DNA of 64,000 nt from a virus: the IMG/VR virus record IMGVR_UViG_3300031521_000012, positions 1 through 64,000 of that record; one strand, written 5' to 3'. Below the pieces are notes generated by a model. It was not told where the DNA came from and searched no databases. It saw nothing but the letters and a program-made list of their open reading frames with translations. Positions 1 to 8,803 of this stretch are shown piece after piece. Numbering within the stretch: position 1 is the stretch's first letter; every line of letters begins with the position of its first letter. Both the position numbers and the translations under genes were made by a program.

Positions 1-184
1 TAATTTTTTTATATTTGTGATTTTAAGTATGTTATGTGGTGTATGGGAATTAATAATATCCGATCATCAGTACCAGCCATTAATAATAACCAATGACAAT
101 TATTTTAGTAACCGATATAAATTTTTTTAGAAAAAAAAATAATGCATTTGTAAATTCGTCACGTAGCACCCCGGGCTCTGGACA

Positions 185-227
185 GGGGGCAGGGGGGGCA
201 TATGAGGGGGGAGGGATACGTAGGGGG
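185..227 (+). other. G-rich tract, G-quadruplex-capable
   Basis: Five G-runs (G5, G7, G6, G3, G5) within 43 nt in an AT-rich genome. Confidence 0.6.
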
Positions 228-228
228 C

Positions 229-357
229 ATACATATGTAAGTACATTAGATATTACACTACTACTCTTATTATAGTAATACATATGTAAGTACATTAGAT
301 ATTACACTACTACTCTTATTATAACAATACATATGTAAATAGCTTAGATATTATATA
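229..357. repeat. 49-bp-period tandem repeat (2 near-perfect copies and 1 degenerate)
   Basis: ATACATATGTAAGTACATTAGATATTACACTACTACTCTTATTATA at 229 and 278; degenerate start at 327. Confidence 0.9.
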
Positions 358-540
358 ACATATGGTATTATAGTTATACATATGTTGTTGTTATTAATAT
401 GATAGAATTATAGTTAGTGTGAATATAGATATGTTATATTAATAGTTAATTGTATTAATATATTTGTCTTAATCATTAACTAATTGTTATAACAACTAAC
501 AATATTCAGTAGTTAATAGTAGACTATTAATAACAGTTAG

Positions 541-665
541 GCTATAATTTAATGACTTGTATTGAACTATTATTATGAATTGATATATTGATACCATTAT
601 TACTATTGCATTCGTTAAAACGCATTAAAATGAATAATTGGTTTTATATAGAATGATTACTAATA
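541..665. repeat. Degenerate ~125-bp direct repeat, copy 1 (copy 2 at ~2381-2505)
   Basis: Identical core TTAAAACGCATTAAAATGAATAATTG at 615-640 and 2455-2480 with similar flanks. Confidence 0.75.
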
Positions 666-670
666 AAGCA

Positions 671-702
671 ATAAGGGAATAACTAATTAGCTACTCCCTT
701 AT
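671..702 (-). terminator. Hairpin terminator after helicase gene
   Basis: ATAAGGGA...TCCCTTAT inverted repeat just past the stop at 727. Confidence 0.5.
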
Positions 703-726
703 TTAGAATCATTACAGATTAGTTAC

Positions 727-2217
727 TTATTGTTTGCCATAAACAAAATCAGTAACGAATGATAATTTATGTTTGGCACGTGTGAAACAAACATACATTA
801 AGTTATATTCCTGTTCAGCCGTCCATGCAATTTTCATTGCTCTTTTTAACAATAATTTCTCTTCACAAATAATATATACATTGTTACTTTCTAATCCCTT
901 GGACTTGTGAATAGTAGATAAACAAATTCCAGTTCGTTCGTTATCTTTAAATATGCTATCAATACGATTAATCACTGCATCACTTGTGACTATTCCATTA
1001 GCAATCAACTCAATAGCTTCAATTTTGTCACTCATTGAACTATATGTACTATTTTCCTTAGCTTCGGCAAAGGTGCAATTAGTTTTTGAAACTATTTTAC
1101 AAGCTAACTTATAAAGTTCAGCATTCAATTTTTTCAAAACATCATCAATATTTCTCCTATTGGTTTTTTTGATCATATTGATAAGGTTTAAACCAATATC
1201 TTTGCCCTTTACATATGCTTTTGTCCCTTGTGCAATATATTGCATACATAGAGTTACTAATGGTGCGGTAACTCTACAAAGTATCATATCACCATCACAA
1301 ATATCTTTTACCTTTGCTTCTCTATCAATTAAGCCATTAGAGCAATTTTCTCTTGCTTCAATTTGTGGAACAATTGTTTTGGCAAGTTCAATAATTGCAA
1401 TATCACAACGGTAACAAACCGACAACGGTAATACTACTGTATTGGGTAATGATTTTAGTATGTTAAATGACTCAATATCAGCACCTGCGAAGCCATAAAT
1501 AGCTTGGCGTGGATCGCCTACTGCTATAAATCTACCATCAATTGATAAACATGATAAGAATAATTCTCTTTGACAAGCGTTAAGATCTTGACACTCATCG
1601 ATTAAGACAAAATTATACTTTGGCATACGTAATTTTTTAACTACTGGCATATAAATCATATCAGTAAAGTCAATAATGTTTGTTTCAGATAGCCCCCATG
1701 CAACTATTTTCATAACTTGCTCACACTCATTGTCTAAGATATTAATTTCATACTTTTCAGCAATTTTCTCTATATCTAATATATTGTTACATAGTGTAAC
1801 TCTATATAAATCAACAAGTTTGTTAATATTTGATCGGTAGTCGTTAATTTCTGATTCATCTAATTGATTTTCAGGTTTTAACGTACCATATTTGATACCA
1901 TTATTAACATAACTTTTGTATTTATTCATATCTAATTTAGAGCGAAAAGTACCCATAACAGCACCAGCACCGAGTGAATGTAAAGTCTTGACTGTTATGT
2001 TATTAACCTGACCAATTTTAATTATTAATTCCTCTACAATTGCTTTATTAAAAGCTAAAAATAGTACCTGACTTGTTGAGGGAATTAATTTAATAGCGTT
2101 AACAATTGTTGTGCTTTTACCTGACCCGGCAACTGCATCAATAACGGCATTACCTTTGCCATTACTTGTAAAATCGTAAACTGCTGACTGATAAATGTTT
2201 GGAATTAAATTTGCCAT
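727..2217 (-). CDS. UvrD/Rep-like superfamily 1 DNA helicase
   Basis: AVAGSGKST (Walker A), LIDECQD, GDPRQAIYGF, TIHKSKGLE, YVCFTRAK. Confidence 0.9.
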   Translation of the reverse strand: MANLIPNIYQSAVYDFTSNGKGNAVIDAVAGSGKSTTIVNAIKLIPSTSQVLFLAFNKAIVEELIIKIGQVNNITVKTLHSLGAGAVMGTFRSKLDMNKYKSYVNNGIKYGTLKPENQLDESEINDYRSNINKLVDLYRVTLCNNILDIEKIAEKYEINILDNECEQVMKIVAWGLSETNIIDFTDMIYMPVVKKLRMPKYNFVLIDECQDLNACQRELFLSCLSIDGRFIAVGDPRQAIYGFAGADIESFNILKSLPNTVVLPLSVCYRCDIAIIELAKTIVPQIEARENCSNGLIDREAKVKDICDGDMILCRVTAPLVTLCMQYIAQGTKAYVKGKDIGLNLINMIKKTNRRNIDDVLKKLNAELYKLACKIVSKTNCTFAEAKENSTYSSMSDKIEAIELIANGIVTSDAVINRIDSIFKDNERTGICLSTIHKSKGLESNNVYIICEEKLLLKRAMKIAWTAEQEYNLMYVCFTRAKHKLSFVTDFVYGKQ

Positions 2218-2259
2218 TTGTTGTAAGTTTTAAAGGTTAATTAATTACTTTGTTGGTGG

Positions 2260-2267
2260 CAAAGATA
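2260..2267 (-). promoter_or_regulatory. Bacteroidota housekeeping-type -7 element TATCTTTG
   Basis: TAnnTTTG about 43 nt upstream of helicase start. Confidence 0.6.
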
Positions 2268-2380
2268 ATACATTTTTTAATTAAAAATACATTTAAGTAA
2301 AAATAAATATTTAGTAATATAACTACTTTACAACAATTAATAATAGGGTAACTATCATTAACTGGCTATTATTTGATTTA

Positions 2381-2505
2381 AGCTATAAATCATTAGTTGT
2401 ATTGAGTTATTATAATAAAGTAATATCAATATGCTATAAAGATATAAAACTGCCTTAAAACGCATTAAAATGAATAATTGATCTTATCTGGAATGATTCT
2501 AAATG
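2381..2505. repeat. Degenerate ~125-bp direct repeat, copy 2
   Basis: Shares the 26-bp identical core and flanks with 541-665. Confidence 0.75.
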
Positions 2506-2519
2506 TAGTGTATAAACAA

Positions 2520-2553
2520 AAAAAAGAGTTACTATGTTTAGTAACTCTTTTTT
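2520..2553 (-). terminator. Intrinsic terminator
   Basis: AAAAAAGAGTTACT-loop-AGTAACTCTTTTTT. Confidence 0.75.
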
Positions 2554-2569
2554 TCAGTCAGGTAGTATA

Positions 2570-3166
2570 TTATTGCAATACTATTTTTTCGCCTGCTATA
2601 TTCACTCCCGATAATTGATCTGGTGAAACAACAAAATTACGGAATTTTGAAGTTGAAAAATCAAAGTATTTTTTGACTGCATTCTGGCAAAGTGTTAATG
2701 GTGAACTATTTACAGTTTTATATTCACCTTTGACCAACACTTGTTTTGATACCGATAAGGCATATATATATAGTTGTTGTGTTGCAATACCATAACGTAT
2801 TGAGTTAGTGATATTTATGTAGGCTTCGGCTTGTGCTTTACTTTGAACTGATTTTGTTTCAGGATTCATATTTTTAATAAAGCTATCTGTTAATTTCTTA
2901 ATTGCTTGAATAACAAGTTCATATGGAAAACCAGTAGAAGTTACAATTGCTTCAATATCTTTCAAAGTAGCTGACTGTAAGGCTTTTAAGTCTTTTTCGA
3001 CTGCATTACCATAATTGAAATTTGCAATAACTACATGATTGGAAACCTCACCGGTTGAGGAACTTACATAGTTTTTAATACCAACAAAAGAACTGCCATT
3101 AAGATTTGCGAACATTGCAATAATCAATTTGATCATTTTTGCAACTTGTTTTGTCATTTTTGTCAT
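2570..3166 (-). CDS. Hypothetical protein (198 aa), probable immediate-early
   Basis: Clean ORF with host-type promoter and terminator. Confidence 0.8.
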   Translation of the reverse strand: MTKMTKQVAKMIKLIIAMFANLNGSSFVGIKNYVSSSTGEVSNHVVIANFNYGNAVEKDLKALQSATLKDIEAIVTSTGFPYELVIQAIKKLTDSFIKNMNPETKSVQSKAQAEAYINITNSIRYGIATQQLYIYALSVSKQVLVKGEYKTVNSSPLTLCQNAVKKYFDFSTSKFRNFVVSPDQLSGVNIAGEKIVLQ

Positions 3167-3215
3167 AACGTTAAGATTTTAAGTGTGGTTAAATTGTTTG
3201 TTTGTAATCATGCTA

Positions 3216-3223
3216 CAAAGATA
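3216..3223 (-). promoter_or_regulatory. Bacteroidota housekeeping-type -7 element TATCTTTG
   Basis: TAnnTTTG 50 nt upstream of the 3166 start. Confidence 0.6.
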
Positions 3224-3386
3224 GGCTAATAAATATCATTAATTACATAGTGATAGATTATTTTAACATTTATTAACATTTGTTAACATATTAGAATCAT
3301 TCTAAACAAGGGAATGATCGTAACTTGCTGGCTGGTATGAAGTTAACTGTTATTGCTACATAAAGGTAATTATTATCATGTGTGTA

Positions 3387-3424
3387 ATACGTGTGCATAC
3401 GCATACATACACACGTGTACGCAT
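3387..3424. other. 38-nt perfect alternating purine-pyrimidine tract
   Basis: ATACGTGTGCATACGCATACATACACACGTGTACGCAT. Confidence 0.7.
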
Positions 3425-3477
3425 CACACGTACATGAGTGCAGGCATATGTACGTTCATTGCATATGATTACATTCG

Positions 3478-3651
3478 CTTATTTATATACAGTCCAGATA
3501 ACAATAACATAACGGTTATTTATATACAGTCTAAGTAAGGTTAGCATATCGTTATTTATATTCAGTCTAAGTAAGCATTGTATATGTTTGATTATTTATA
3601 ACCAGTTTAAATAAAGTTAGTATACTGTTATTTATATTTAATCTAAATTAG
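3478..3651. repeat. Array of five 19-bp quasi-palindromic boxes, period 36-40 bp
   Basis: ATTTATAtwCAGTCTAArT-like units at 3481, 3518, 3554, 3594, 3630. Confidence 0.8.
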
Positions 3652-3945
3652 TATTGAATATAAACAACTCTATTGTTTAGATACAATTATATTACTATTA
3701 TCACTACTATATTAATAAGGAATGATATTACAATAGTCATTCAATATTTGCAGCTACATTACAAATTTGTACTCAATCTACATATTTTTGGCACTCGAAT
3801 TGAGCAATAAATCACAAATAGCAATGTACTGACTTGACAATGTACGGTATATTACTACATTGTACGACTCCGTATCCCCGTAACTCACTGGCTATCTGGA
3901 GGATGAAAAAAGTTACAAAATAATTGAAAATAATTCATCAAACAC

Positions 3946-3976
3946 TTGCATAACTTATTTTATTGTTGTAGATTTG
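3946..3976 (+). promoter_or_regulatory. Bacteroidota housekeeping-type promoter of the sigma gene
   Basis: TTG at 3946 and TAGATTTG at 3969-3976 (-33/-7 pattern). Confidence 0.65.
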
Positions 3977-4016
3977 TAGAATAAAGAACGACCACTAACC
4001 TTTAAAACTTACAACA

Positions 4017-4580
4017 ATGGAAACCAACAAAACAAGTTTAAATATTACTGATGTTTATAACAAGTACTATTCAGAAATTTTGTACTTAGTTACAATGAAA
4101 GTTAGAAAAGTTGAACTTGCTGAAGATTTAACTTCAGATGTTTTTATTAGAGCTTATAATCACTTGGCTAGTTTTGATAGCAACAAGTGTACTATAAAGA
4201 GCTGGTTAATTGCAATATCAAATAACGCAATTATTGATTATTACAGGTTATCACAAACCAAAACAAATATCAATTTCAGTGACTTGGCAAAGGTTAATAG
4301 CGAAAATGAAGTAATTAGTTTTGATAGCGTATCGGATTACAAAACTGATAACCTTATTAATGCTAAGGAATTTAATCACAAAATAGATGCTATCTTTAAT
4401 AGCATGAAACCAAACTACCAAAAAGTTGCTGAACTATACTTTAAAAAAGATATGAGTTACAATGATATTGCAGCAATTTGTGAAATTCCTTTAGGTAGTG
4501 TTAAGGGAATGATTAACAGGTGCAAAGTATTGTTACAAAGTAATTTACAAGCTGAAAAAGCTGAATATGGCATAAAATAA
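4017..4580 (+). CDS. ECF-type (sigma-70 group 4) RNA polymerase sigma factor
   Basis: 187 aa; region 2 AEDLTSDVFIRAY...KSWLIAISNNAIIDYYR; region 4 MSYNDIAAICEIPLGSVKGMINR. Confidence 0.93.
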   Translation: METNKTSLNITDVYNKYYSEILYLVTMKVRKVELAEDLTSDVFIRAYNHLASFDSNKCTIKSWLIAISNNAIIDYYRLSQTKTNINFSDLAKVNSENEVISFDSVSDYKTDNLINAKEFNHKIDAIFNSMKPNYQKVAELYFKKDMSYNDIAAICEIPLGSVKGMINRCKVLLQSNLQAEKAEYGIK

Positions 4581-4587
4581 GAAATAG

Positions 4588-4624
4588 AAAAGTACCTTGT
4601 GAATATAGCAAGGTACTTTTTTTT
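4588..4624 (+). terminator. Intrinsic terminator after sigma gene
   Basis: AAAAGTACCTTG-loop-CAAGGTACTTTTTTTT. Confidence 0.85.
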
Positions 4625-4632
4625 ACTATTGT

Positions 4633-4663
4633 TGTAACTTTTTACAGTTGTTAACCGTATTAT
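4633..4663 (+). promoter_or_regulatory. ECF-type phage promoter
   Basis: TGTAAC-N17-CGTATTAT; followed within ~50 nt by a terminator. Confidence 0.7.
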
Positions 4664-4709
4664 GAGTGTTCATTTTTATATTTAAGTTTAATATTATTAT
4701 TTATCACTT

Positions 4710-4740
4710 AAAAGCTATCTGTTATTCAGGTAGCTTTTTT
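4710..4740 (+). terminator. Intrinsic terminator
   Basis: AAAAGCTATCTG-TTATT-CAGGTAGCTTTTTT. Confidence 0.7.
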
Positions 4741-4773
4741 GTTTTATATAATGTTCATTTTTTATTTAAAAAC

Positions 4774-4803
4774 TGTAACTTTTTGCCTTGTCAAACGTAT
4801 TAT
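4774..4803 (+). promoter_or_regulatory. ECF-type phage promoter
   Basis: TGTAAC-N16-CGTATTAT. Confidence 0.85.
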
Positions 4804-4844
4804 AGATATAACCACTTATTATAAACCACTTAAAACATAATATC

Positions 4845-5114
4845 ATGAGCACAGTTAAGAGCAATGTACCAGTAGTAGTAAGACCTTTGTACACAATAGC
4901 AACTGAAATTCGAAAAGATTGGAGATCGAAAATGTATTTTGGTGCTGTTCCATATATCAATGCAATGTTATCATTGGATAAGCTAACTGATTATTATGGT
5001 AGTGATAGTGCCAGAACAATTGTTATTTATTTTTTGGCTAATGCTCAAACATGGAAAGGTGACAAGGCACGTACCATCAAAGCTGAATTAAATTCAATGC
5101 TGAAAAAACGCTAA
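4845..5114 (+). CDS. Small phage protein of unknown function
   Basis: ORF directly behind promoter; YFGAVPY and YFLANAQTWKG resemble a recurrent small phage family. Confidence 0.8.
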   Translation: MSTVKSNVPVVVRPLYTIATEIRKDWRSKMYFGAVPYINAMLSLDKLTDYYGSDSARTIVIYFLANAQTWKGDKARTIKAELNSMLKKR

Positions 5115-5188
5115 TAATCTGGTCAATGTACGTTGCACTGGTATATCATTGGTGCAATGTACATATAATCTATAAAATACAATGTACT

Positions 5189-5434
5189 ATGAGCACAATG
5201 CAAACATTTTATTTTAATACAGGTGTTAAGCCAGATATGAATACATATAGGCACAAAGATATAAGAATATCAAATGGTACAATAGAAATTCCAATTAATT
5301 GTGAGAATGTTCCTGATGGTGCAAAATTGGAATTTCTATGTGATGATCCTAATCTGTTTATAAATCAAGATTATATTGTTCGTAAAGCATTTAACACTAA
5401 AATGCATTCTCAATATGCATACTTTAAATTATAA
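5189..5434 (+). CDS. Hypothetical protein
   Basis: ORF 5126-5434, likely start MSTMQ at 5189. Confidence 0.65.
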   Translation: MSTMQTFYFNTGVKPDMNTYRHKDIRISNGTIEIPINCENVPDGAKLEFLCDDPNLFINQDYIVRKAFNTKMHSQYAYFKL

Positions 5435-5476
5435 TAACCAATGTACTTATATTAATTAAAAATAAAGCCTATCATT

Positions 5477-5507
5477 TGTAACATTTGATAGGCTTTATAC
5501 GTATTAT
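5477..5507 (+). promoter_or_regulatory. ECF-type phage promoter, -35 in hairpin loop
   Basis: AAAGCCTATCA-tttgtaacatt-TGATAGGCTTT then CGTATTAT. Confidence 0.85.
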
Positions 5508-5534
5508 GTATATAACCACTTAACACAATGTACT

Positions 5535-5888
5535 ATGAACAAGGTAGGAGAAATTATCAATGTACAAGAAATAACCAAAGGTTGTCGCCAGATGGATTTG
5601 ACTGACCTAATGTACGTCTTAAGAAACAATATAAGCCGTTTCTGGTCTTGGGGTAGTCATGCCTTTAGAATTGATCGTAAAGGTAATGTACGCATGTTTA
5701 GAATGGCTGTAAATGGTCGTTTTCATAGTGGTCATGTTTATATATTTCTCAATGGCTTGGACTTGTTTGATGTTTATCTTACTTCAAGTAGAGGCACTAT
5801 TAAACGCATTCAAACAGATTTGTATAATGATATGCTAACTGATTGGATTGATATTGCAGTAGAAAAGATAGGTACATATAAACACTAA
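5535..5888 (+). CDS. Hypothetical protein
   Basis: ORF directly behind promoter. Confidence 0.8.
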   Translation: MNKVGEIINVQEITKGCRQMDLTDLMYVLRNNISRFWSWGSHAFRIDRKGNVRMFRMAVNGRFHSGHVYIFLNGLDLFDVYLTSSRGTIKRIQTDLYNDMLTDWIDIAVEKIGTYKH

Positions 5889-5900
5889 ACACAATGTACA

Positions 5901-6086
5901 ATGAAAGTTAATACAACAATAAATTATAAATTTACATTCTTTAGTCGTGTTCAAAATGATAGTAAAGTTATTGAATGCAAAAGTACTAAGAGTGCCTATC
6001 AAATAGCATATAGTGTATATAAAAAAGCAAGAAAACTTTATCCATCAATATGCTTTGAGGGCATTAAAACCGAAATTATTGAATGA
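5901..6086 (+). CDS. Hypothetical protein
   Basis: Co-oriented small ORF. Confidence 0.6.
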   Translation: MKVNTTINYKFTFFSRVQNDSKVIECKSTKSAYQIAYSVYKKARKLYPSICFEGIKTEIIE

Positions 6087-6159
6087 CCATTCATTGTATC
6101 AATGAATGATTAGACAAATGAGAAGTACAAAGGTTTAATCGAATGATAAAATAAATATC

Positions 6160-6348
6160 ATGAATAAGAAATATAAATTACCACGTAAAAGAAAAAAGGT
6201 ATACATCAAAAAAGATTGGACTGGCTATTATATTAGTGCTTCACTTTCATCTGATGAGTATAAAAGAAAAGTGAATTATAAATTCCCAAAGGTCTATGAT
6301 TTTAACCTTAAAACAGGTGTTATATCAAACATTAAATCATATTGGTAG
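6160..6348 (+). CDS. Hypothetical basic protein
   Basis: Co-oriented small ORF, KLPRKRKK. Confidence 0.6.
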   Translation: MNKKYKLPRKRKKVYIKKDWTGYYISASLSSDEYKRKVNYKFPKVYDFNLKTGVISNIKSYW

Positions 6349-6375
6349 TTTTTAATTAAAAATAGTTATATCTTT

Positions 6376-6405
6376 TGTAACTTTTTGCCTTGTCAAACGT
6401 ATTAT
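6376..6405 (+). promoter_or_regulatory. ECF-type phage promoter
   Basis: TGTAAC-N16-CGTATTAT. Confidence 0.85.
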
Positions 6406-6432
6406 ATGTATAACCACTTAATTAATTCAGTC

Positions 6433-6747
6433 ATGAGCAAGTTAACATACAGTCAGATCGTAAAGCTACAAAAAGCCAATGGCTATGATCAAATACAAGC
6501 TAATATCAATTCAGGTTTAGCTTGGAAGCTAGAAGGTTCATATGGTAGAGCAGCAATGAATTTATTAGTGTCAGGTGCTTGTATGCTACCAAAGGTAGTA
6601 AGAATTGATGCTTATGGTAATAGAGTACCTGCAAGAGATATGCTTAAAGCAGGCACACAAGGCACGTTTCAAAACAGTCAGGACTTTTGGCAGAAAGTGT
6701 ATGAAGGTGAAGTAATATTAAATTTTGATAATGATGATAATGAATAA
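6433..6747 (+). CDS. Hypothetical protein
   Basis: Start moved to ATG 6433 because the track start lies inside the promoter. Confidence 0.8.
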   Translation: MSKLTYSQIVKLQKANGYDQIQANINSGLAWKLEGSYGRAAMNLLVSGACMLPKVVRIDAYGNRVPARDMLKAGTQGTFQNSQDFWQKVYEGEVILNFDNDDNE

Positions 6748-6756
6748 CTAATAATT

Positions 6757-6834
6757 GTTAAGTAGTGTTCATAGGGTAAGAACACCATCGAAAGAGATGG
6801 AGGTACTTTGGTTCGATTCCAAAGCTTAACACTA
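6757..6834 (+). ncRNA. tRNA-like RNA with non-canonical anticodon arm
   Basis: GTTAAG/CTTAAC acceptor, GTGTTC/GAACAC D-arm with GG, TTTGG-TTCGATT-CCAAA T-arm; CCATC-GAAAGA-GATGG 6-nt loop; ends ACTA. Confidence 0.6.
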
Positions 6835-6925
6835 ATAAAATACTTTGTTGTAAGTTTGGGGTAATGTTCCGCTTAATCAGATCGGCATTACCCCTGTTTT
6901 TTTATTTAAAAATAGTTACTATTTT

Positions 6926-6956
6926 TGTAACATTTGATGGTAGTTAAACGTATTAT
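6926..6956 (+). promoter_or_regulatory. ECF-type phage promoter
   Basis: TGTAAC-N17-CGTATTAT; drives non-coding unit A. Confidence 0.85.
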
Positions 6957-6960
6957 AGAT

Positions 6961-7037
6961 ATACAGCGGAGCTACACTAGGGGTAACAGTAATCCATACC
7001 TGCAATAGAGTGTAAGTTTATATTCAATCTAAATAAG
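6961..7037 (+). ncRNA. Conserved non-coding unit A (candidate sRNA or origin transcript plus 19-bp box)
   Basis: ATACAGCGGAGCTACACTAGGGGTAACAGTAATCCATACCTGCAATAGAGTGTAAG; similar copies at 14877 and 19025. Confidence 0.6.
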
Positions 7038-7097
7038 ATACGTATATTAGCGACCATTAATTATTTTTAATTAAAATAACATTTTTTATTTAAAACT

Positions 7098-7127
7098 TGT
7101 AACTTTTTGCCTTGTCAAACGTATTAT
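7098..7127 (+). promoter_or_regulatory. ECF-type phage promoter
   Basis: TGTAAC-N16-CGTATTAT. Confidence 0.85.
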
Positions 7128-7167
7128 AGATATAACCACTTAATATTAACCATTAAAACTTAAGATC

Positions 7168-8055
7168 ATGAGAACCAAGAAAATTAAAACAGGTGCAATT
7201 GAATGCGAAATGAAAGATTTGTTTTTTCCTGTTGAATTGCGTGATGAACTTATGCCCTCTAATAAAGAGTATAGCAAAAGAGTTATTGGCTTAATTAATG
7301 GAGCAGACTTTTTGCTTAACCAGTGTAGTGATGTTTATACCTTGGTAAAAAACATTGATATCTTTCCAAAGATCGAAGATGCTTTAAATGCAGCAGGAAT
7401 CGAATTTTCAGTATCTTACAGGCATATTAATCATGTTCGTTTCTATGCAGACTATAAAATTACTGACAGTCGTTATGCTTACACTATGCAAGGTACTGAT
7501 GATATGATTTGTCCAATGATATCAGTTCATCACAGCTACAATGGCTTAACCAAGTACAAAATTATCTTTGGCTATTTCAGACTTGTTTGTTCCAATGGCT
7601 TAACAATTCCAGTTGCTGAAATGGCACAATTCAATTTGGTTATTGTTGGTAAGCATACTGACAGCATTGAAGGTTCATTCAAAAAGCTTGAAAGCATGTT
7701 ACAATACTTTGTTACTGATGCTGAATATATACTCAATAGCATAACAACAAAGTACGAAGCTTTAAATCAAAAGGTTGTGGCTCAAGCTAATTTTAAAACC
7801 AGACTTGAAGAGGTTTTGGAAGCTTCAAAAATCACAATGGTAGATAACAACAAGTTCAATACTCTTAACGATATCACAATGAGAATCGAAGAGGAAGCAA
7901 ACAACAGTCGTTTAGGCTACAATGGCAAAGTAACTGACTTTCTTATCTACAATGGTATAAATCAATACCTGAACGATGATAACCGTAATATCGTTACTCC
8001 TGAACTCCGTATGGAAAAAGATGCTAAGGTATTAGAATATATGTTAGCAAACTAA
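7168..8055 (+). CDS. DUF932-like protein
   Basis: HSYNG...FRLVCSNGL...KHT motif pattern, 295 aa. Confidence 0.7.
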   Translation: MRTKKIKTGAIECEMKDLFFPVELRDELMPSNKEYSKRVIGLINGADFLLNQCSDVYTLVKNIDIFPKIEDALNAAGIEFSVSYRHINHVRFYADYKITDSRYAYTMQGTDDMICPMISVHHSYNGLTKYKIIFGYFRLVCSNGLTIPVAEMAQFNLVIVGKHTDSIEGSFKKLESMLQYFVTDAEYILNSITTKYEALNQKVVAQANFKTRLEEVLEASKITMVDNNKFNTLNDITMRIEEEANNSRLGYNGKVTDFLIYNGINQYLNDDNRNIVTPELRMEKDAKVLEYMLAN

Positions 8056-8059
8056 AAGT

Positions 8060-8107
8060 AATAAGGGAGTGATAACCAATGTACACTATCACTCCCTTAT
8101 TGTTTTT
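8060..8107 (+). terminator. Intrinsic terminator with CAATGTAC in loop
   Basis: AATAAGGGAGTGATA-accaatgtacac-TATCACTCCCTTATT-gttttt. Confidence 0.8.
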
Positions 8108-8130
8108 AATTAAAAATAGTTACTATATTT

Positions 8131-8161
8131 TGTAACAAAAGCCTATCGTTAAACGTATTAT
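8131..8161 (+). promoter_or_regulatory. ECF-type phage promoter
   Basis: TGTAAC-N17-CGTATTAT. Confidence 0.85.
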
Positions 8162-8188
8162 AAGTATAACCACTTAAAACATTCAGTC

Positions 8189-8743
8189 ATGTTAAAAACA
8201 GTATTTACAGTCGATGAAAGAAACAAAGTTTATGAACTTTCTTTGGTTCACTATAAAAAACGTTTAGTAAAAGGAAACCAATTTGGAATATGCTTTTCAA
8301 TATTGAAAGTACTTGAATATTTATATCCTAATGAATGTTCAGATCGTAATCATTTTAATTGTGATGAATTATCTTTGTTTCCCGAAATCTACAAACATAA
8401 GTCAAAACATAATAGAGACTATTGGTATAGTATTAAAACTAAATATGGTATTGCTAAAAGAATAGCAATCTTCGACCAAGCTATTAAAGAAACTGAACAA
8501 ACTGTTGTAATATTCAGAGCTGAAAGGTCAGGTCAATATAAAATGAGTATCTATGCTTTGTTTCCTTATGTAGCTTATACAGATAAGCTATGTAGTTGTT
8601 ATGCACACGTAGGACAGCATTCTGGAGCTAACTATGACTATTGTATTAAAAACAGTGTTCCTGCCTTACCAGAAGAGTATAGCGACCTGAAAGCTGAACT
8701 TGAAAGTATTGGTTATAACCTGAAAATCCAAAAAAGAAAATAA
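8189..8743 (+). CDS. Fusion: family-A paralogue domain plus second small phage domain
   Basis: N-half FGIC...FPEIYKHK...YWY...KRIAIFDQAIKETE; C-half CYAHVGQHS...ELESIGY. Confidence 0.8.
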   Translation: MLKTVFTVDERNKVYELSLVHYKKRLVKGNQFGICFSILKVLEYLYPNECSDRNHFNCDELSLFPEIYKHKSKHNRDYWYSIKTKYGIAKRIAIFDQAIKETEQTVVIFRAERSGQYKMSIYALFPYVAYTDKLCSCYAHVGQHSGANYDYCIKNSVPALPEEYSDLKAELESIGYNLKIQKRK

Positions 8744-8746
8744 TTT

Positions 8747-8777
8747 TGTAACATATTGGGTGCAATGTACGTTATAT
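8747..8777 (+). promoter_or_regulatory. ECF-type phage promoter (variant -10)
   Basis: TGTAAC-N17-CGTTATAT. Confidence 0.65.
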
Positions 8778-8803
8778 ATATTGCACCCTTAATATATAAA
8801 GCT

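Noticed and set aside
80-295. ORFs 80-295 (-) and 93-275 (+)
   Set aside because: They overlap the G-tract and tandem repeats, have low-complexity translations and lack the leaders seen on real genes
3353-3538. 61-aa ORF
   Set aside because: Product of the RY tract (H/T/C/Y/A-rich), TTG start; likely spurious
3478-3651. Possible CRISPR array
   Set aside because: Repeats are degenerate, intervening segments are only ~12-15 bp, and no cas genes are present; better read as a binding-site array
6757-6834. Functional decoding tRNA
   Set aside because: Anticodon loop is 6 nt without U33, so no isotype can be assigned
6961-7016. Antisense match of the triplicated unit to 16S rRNA GGATTAGATACCC, or a known small ribozyme
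   Set aside because: The match needs gaps and mismatches; hammerhead, twister and pistol core motifs were not found
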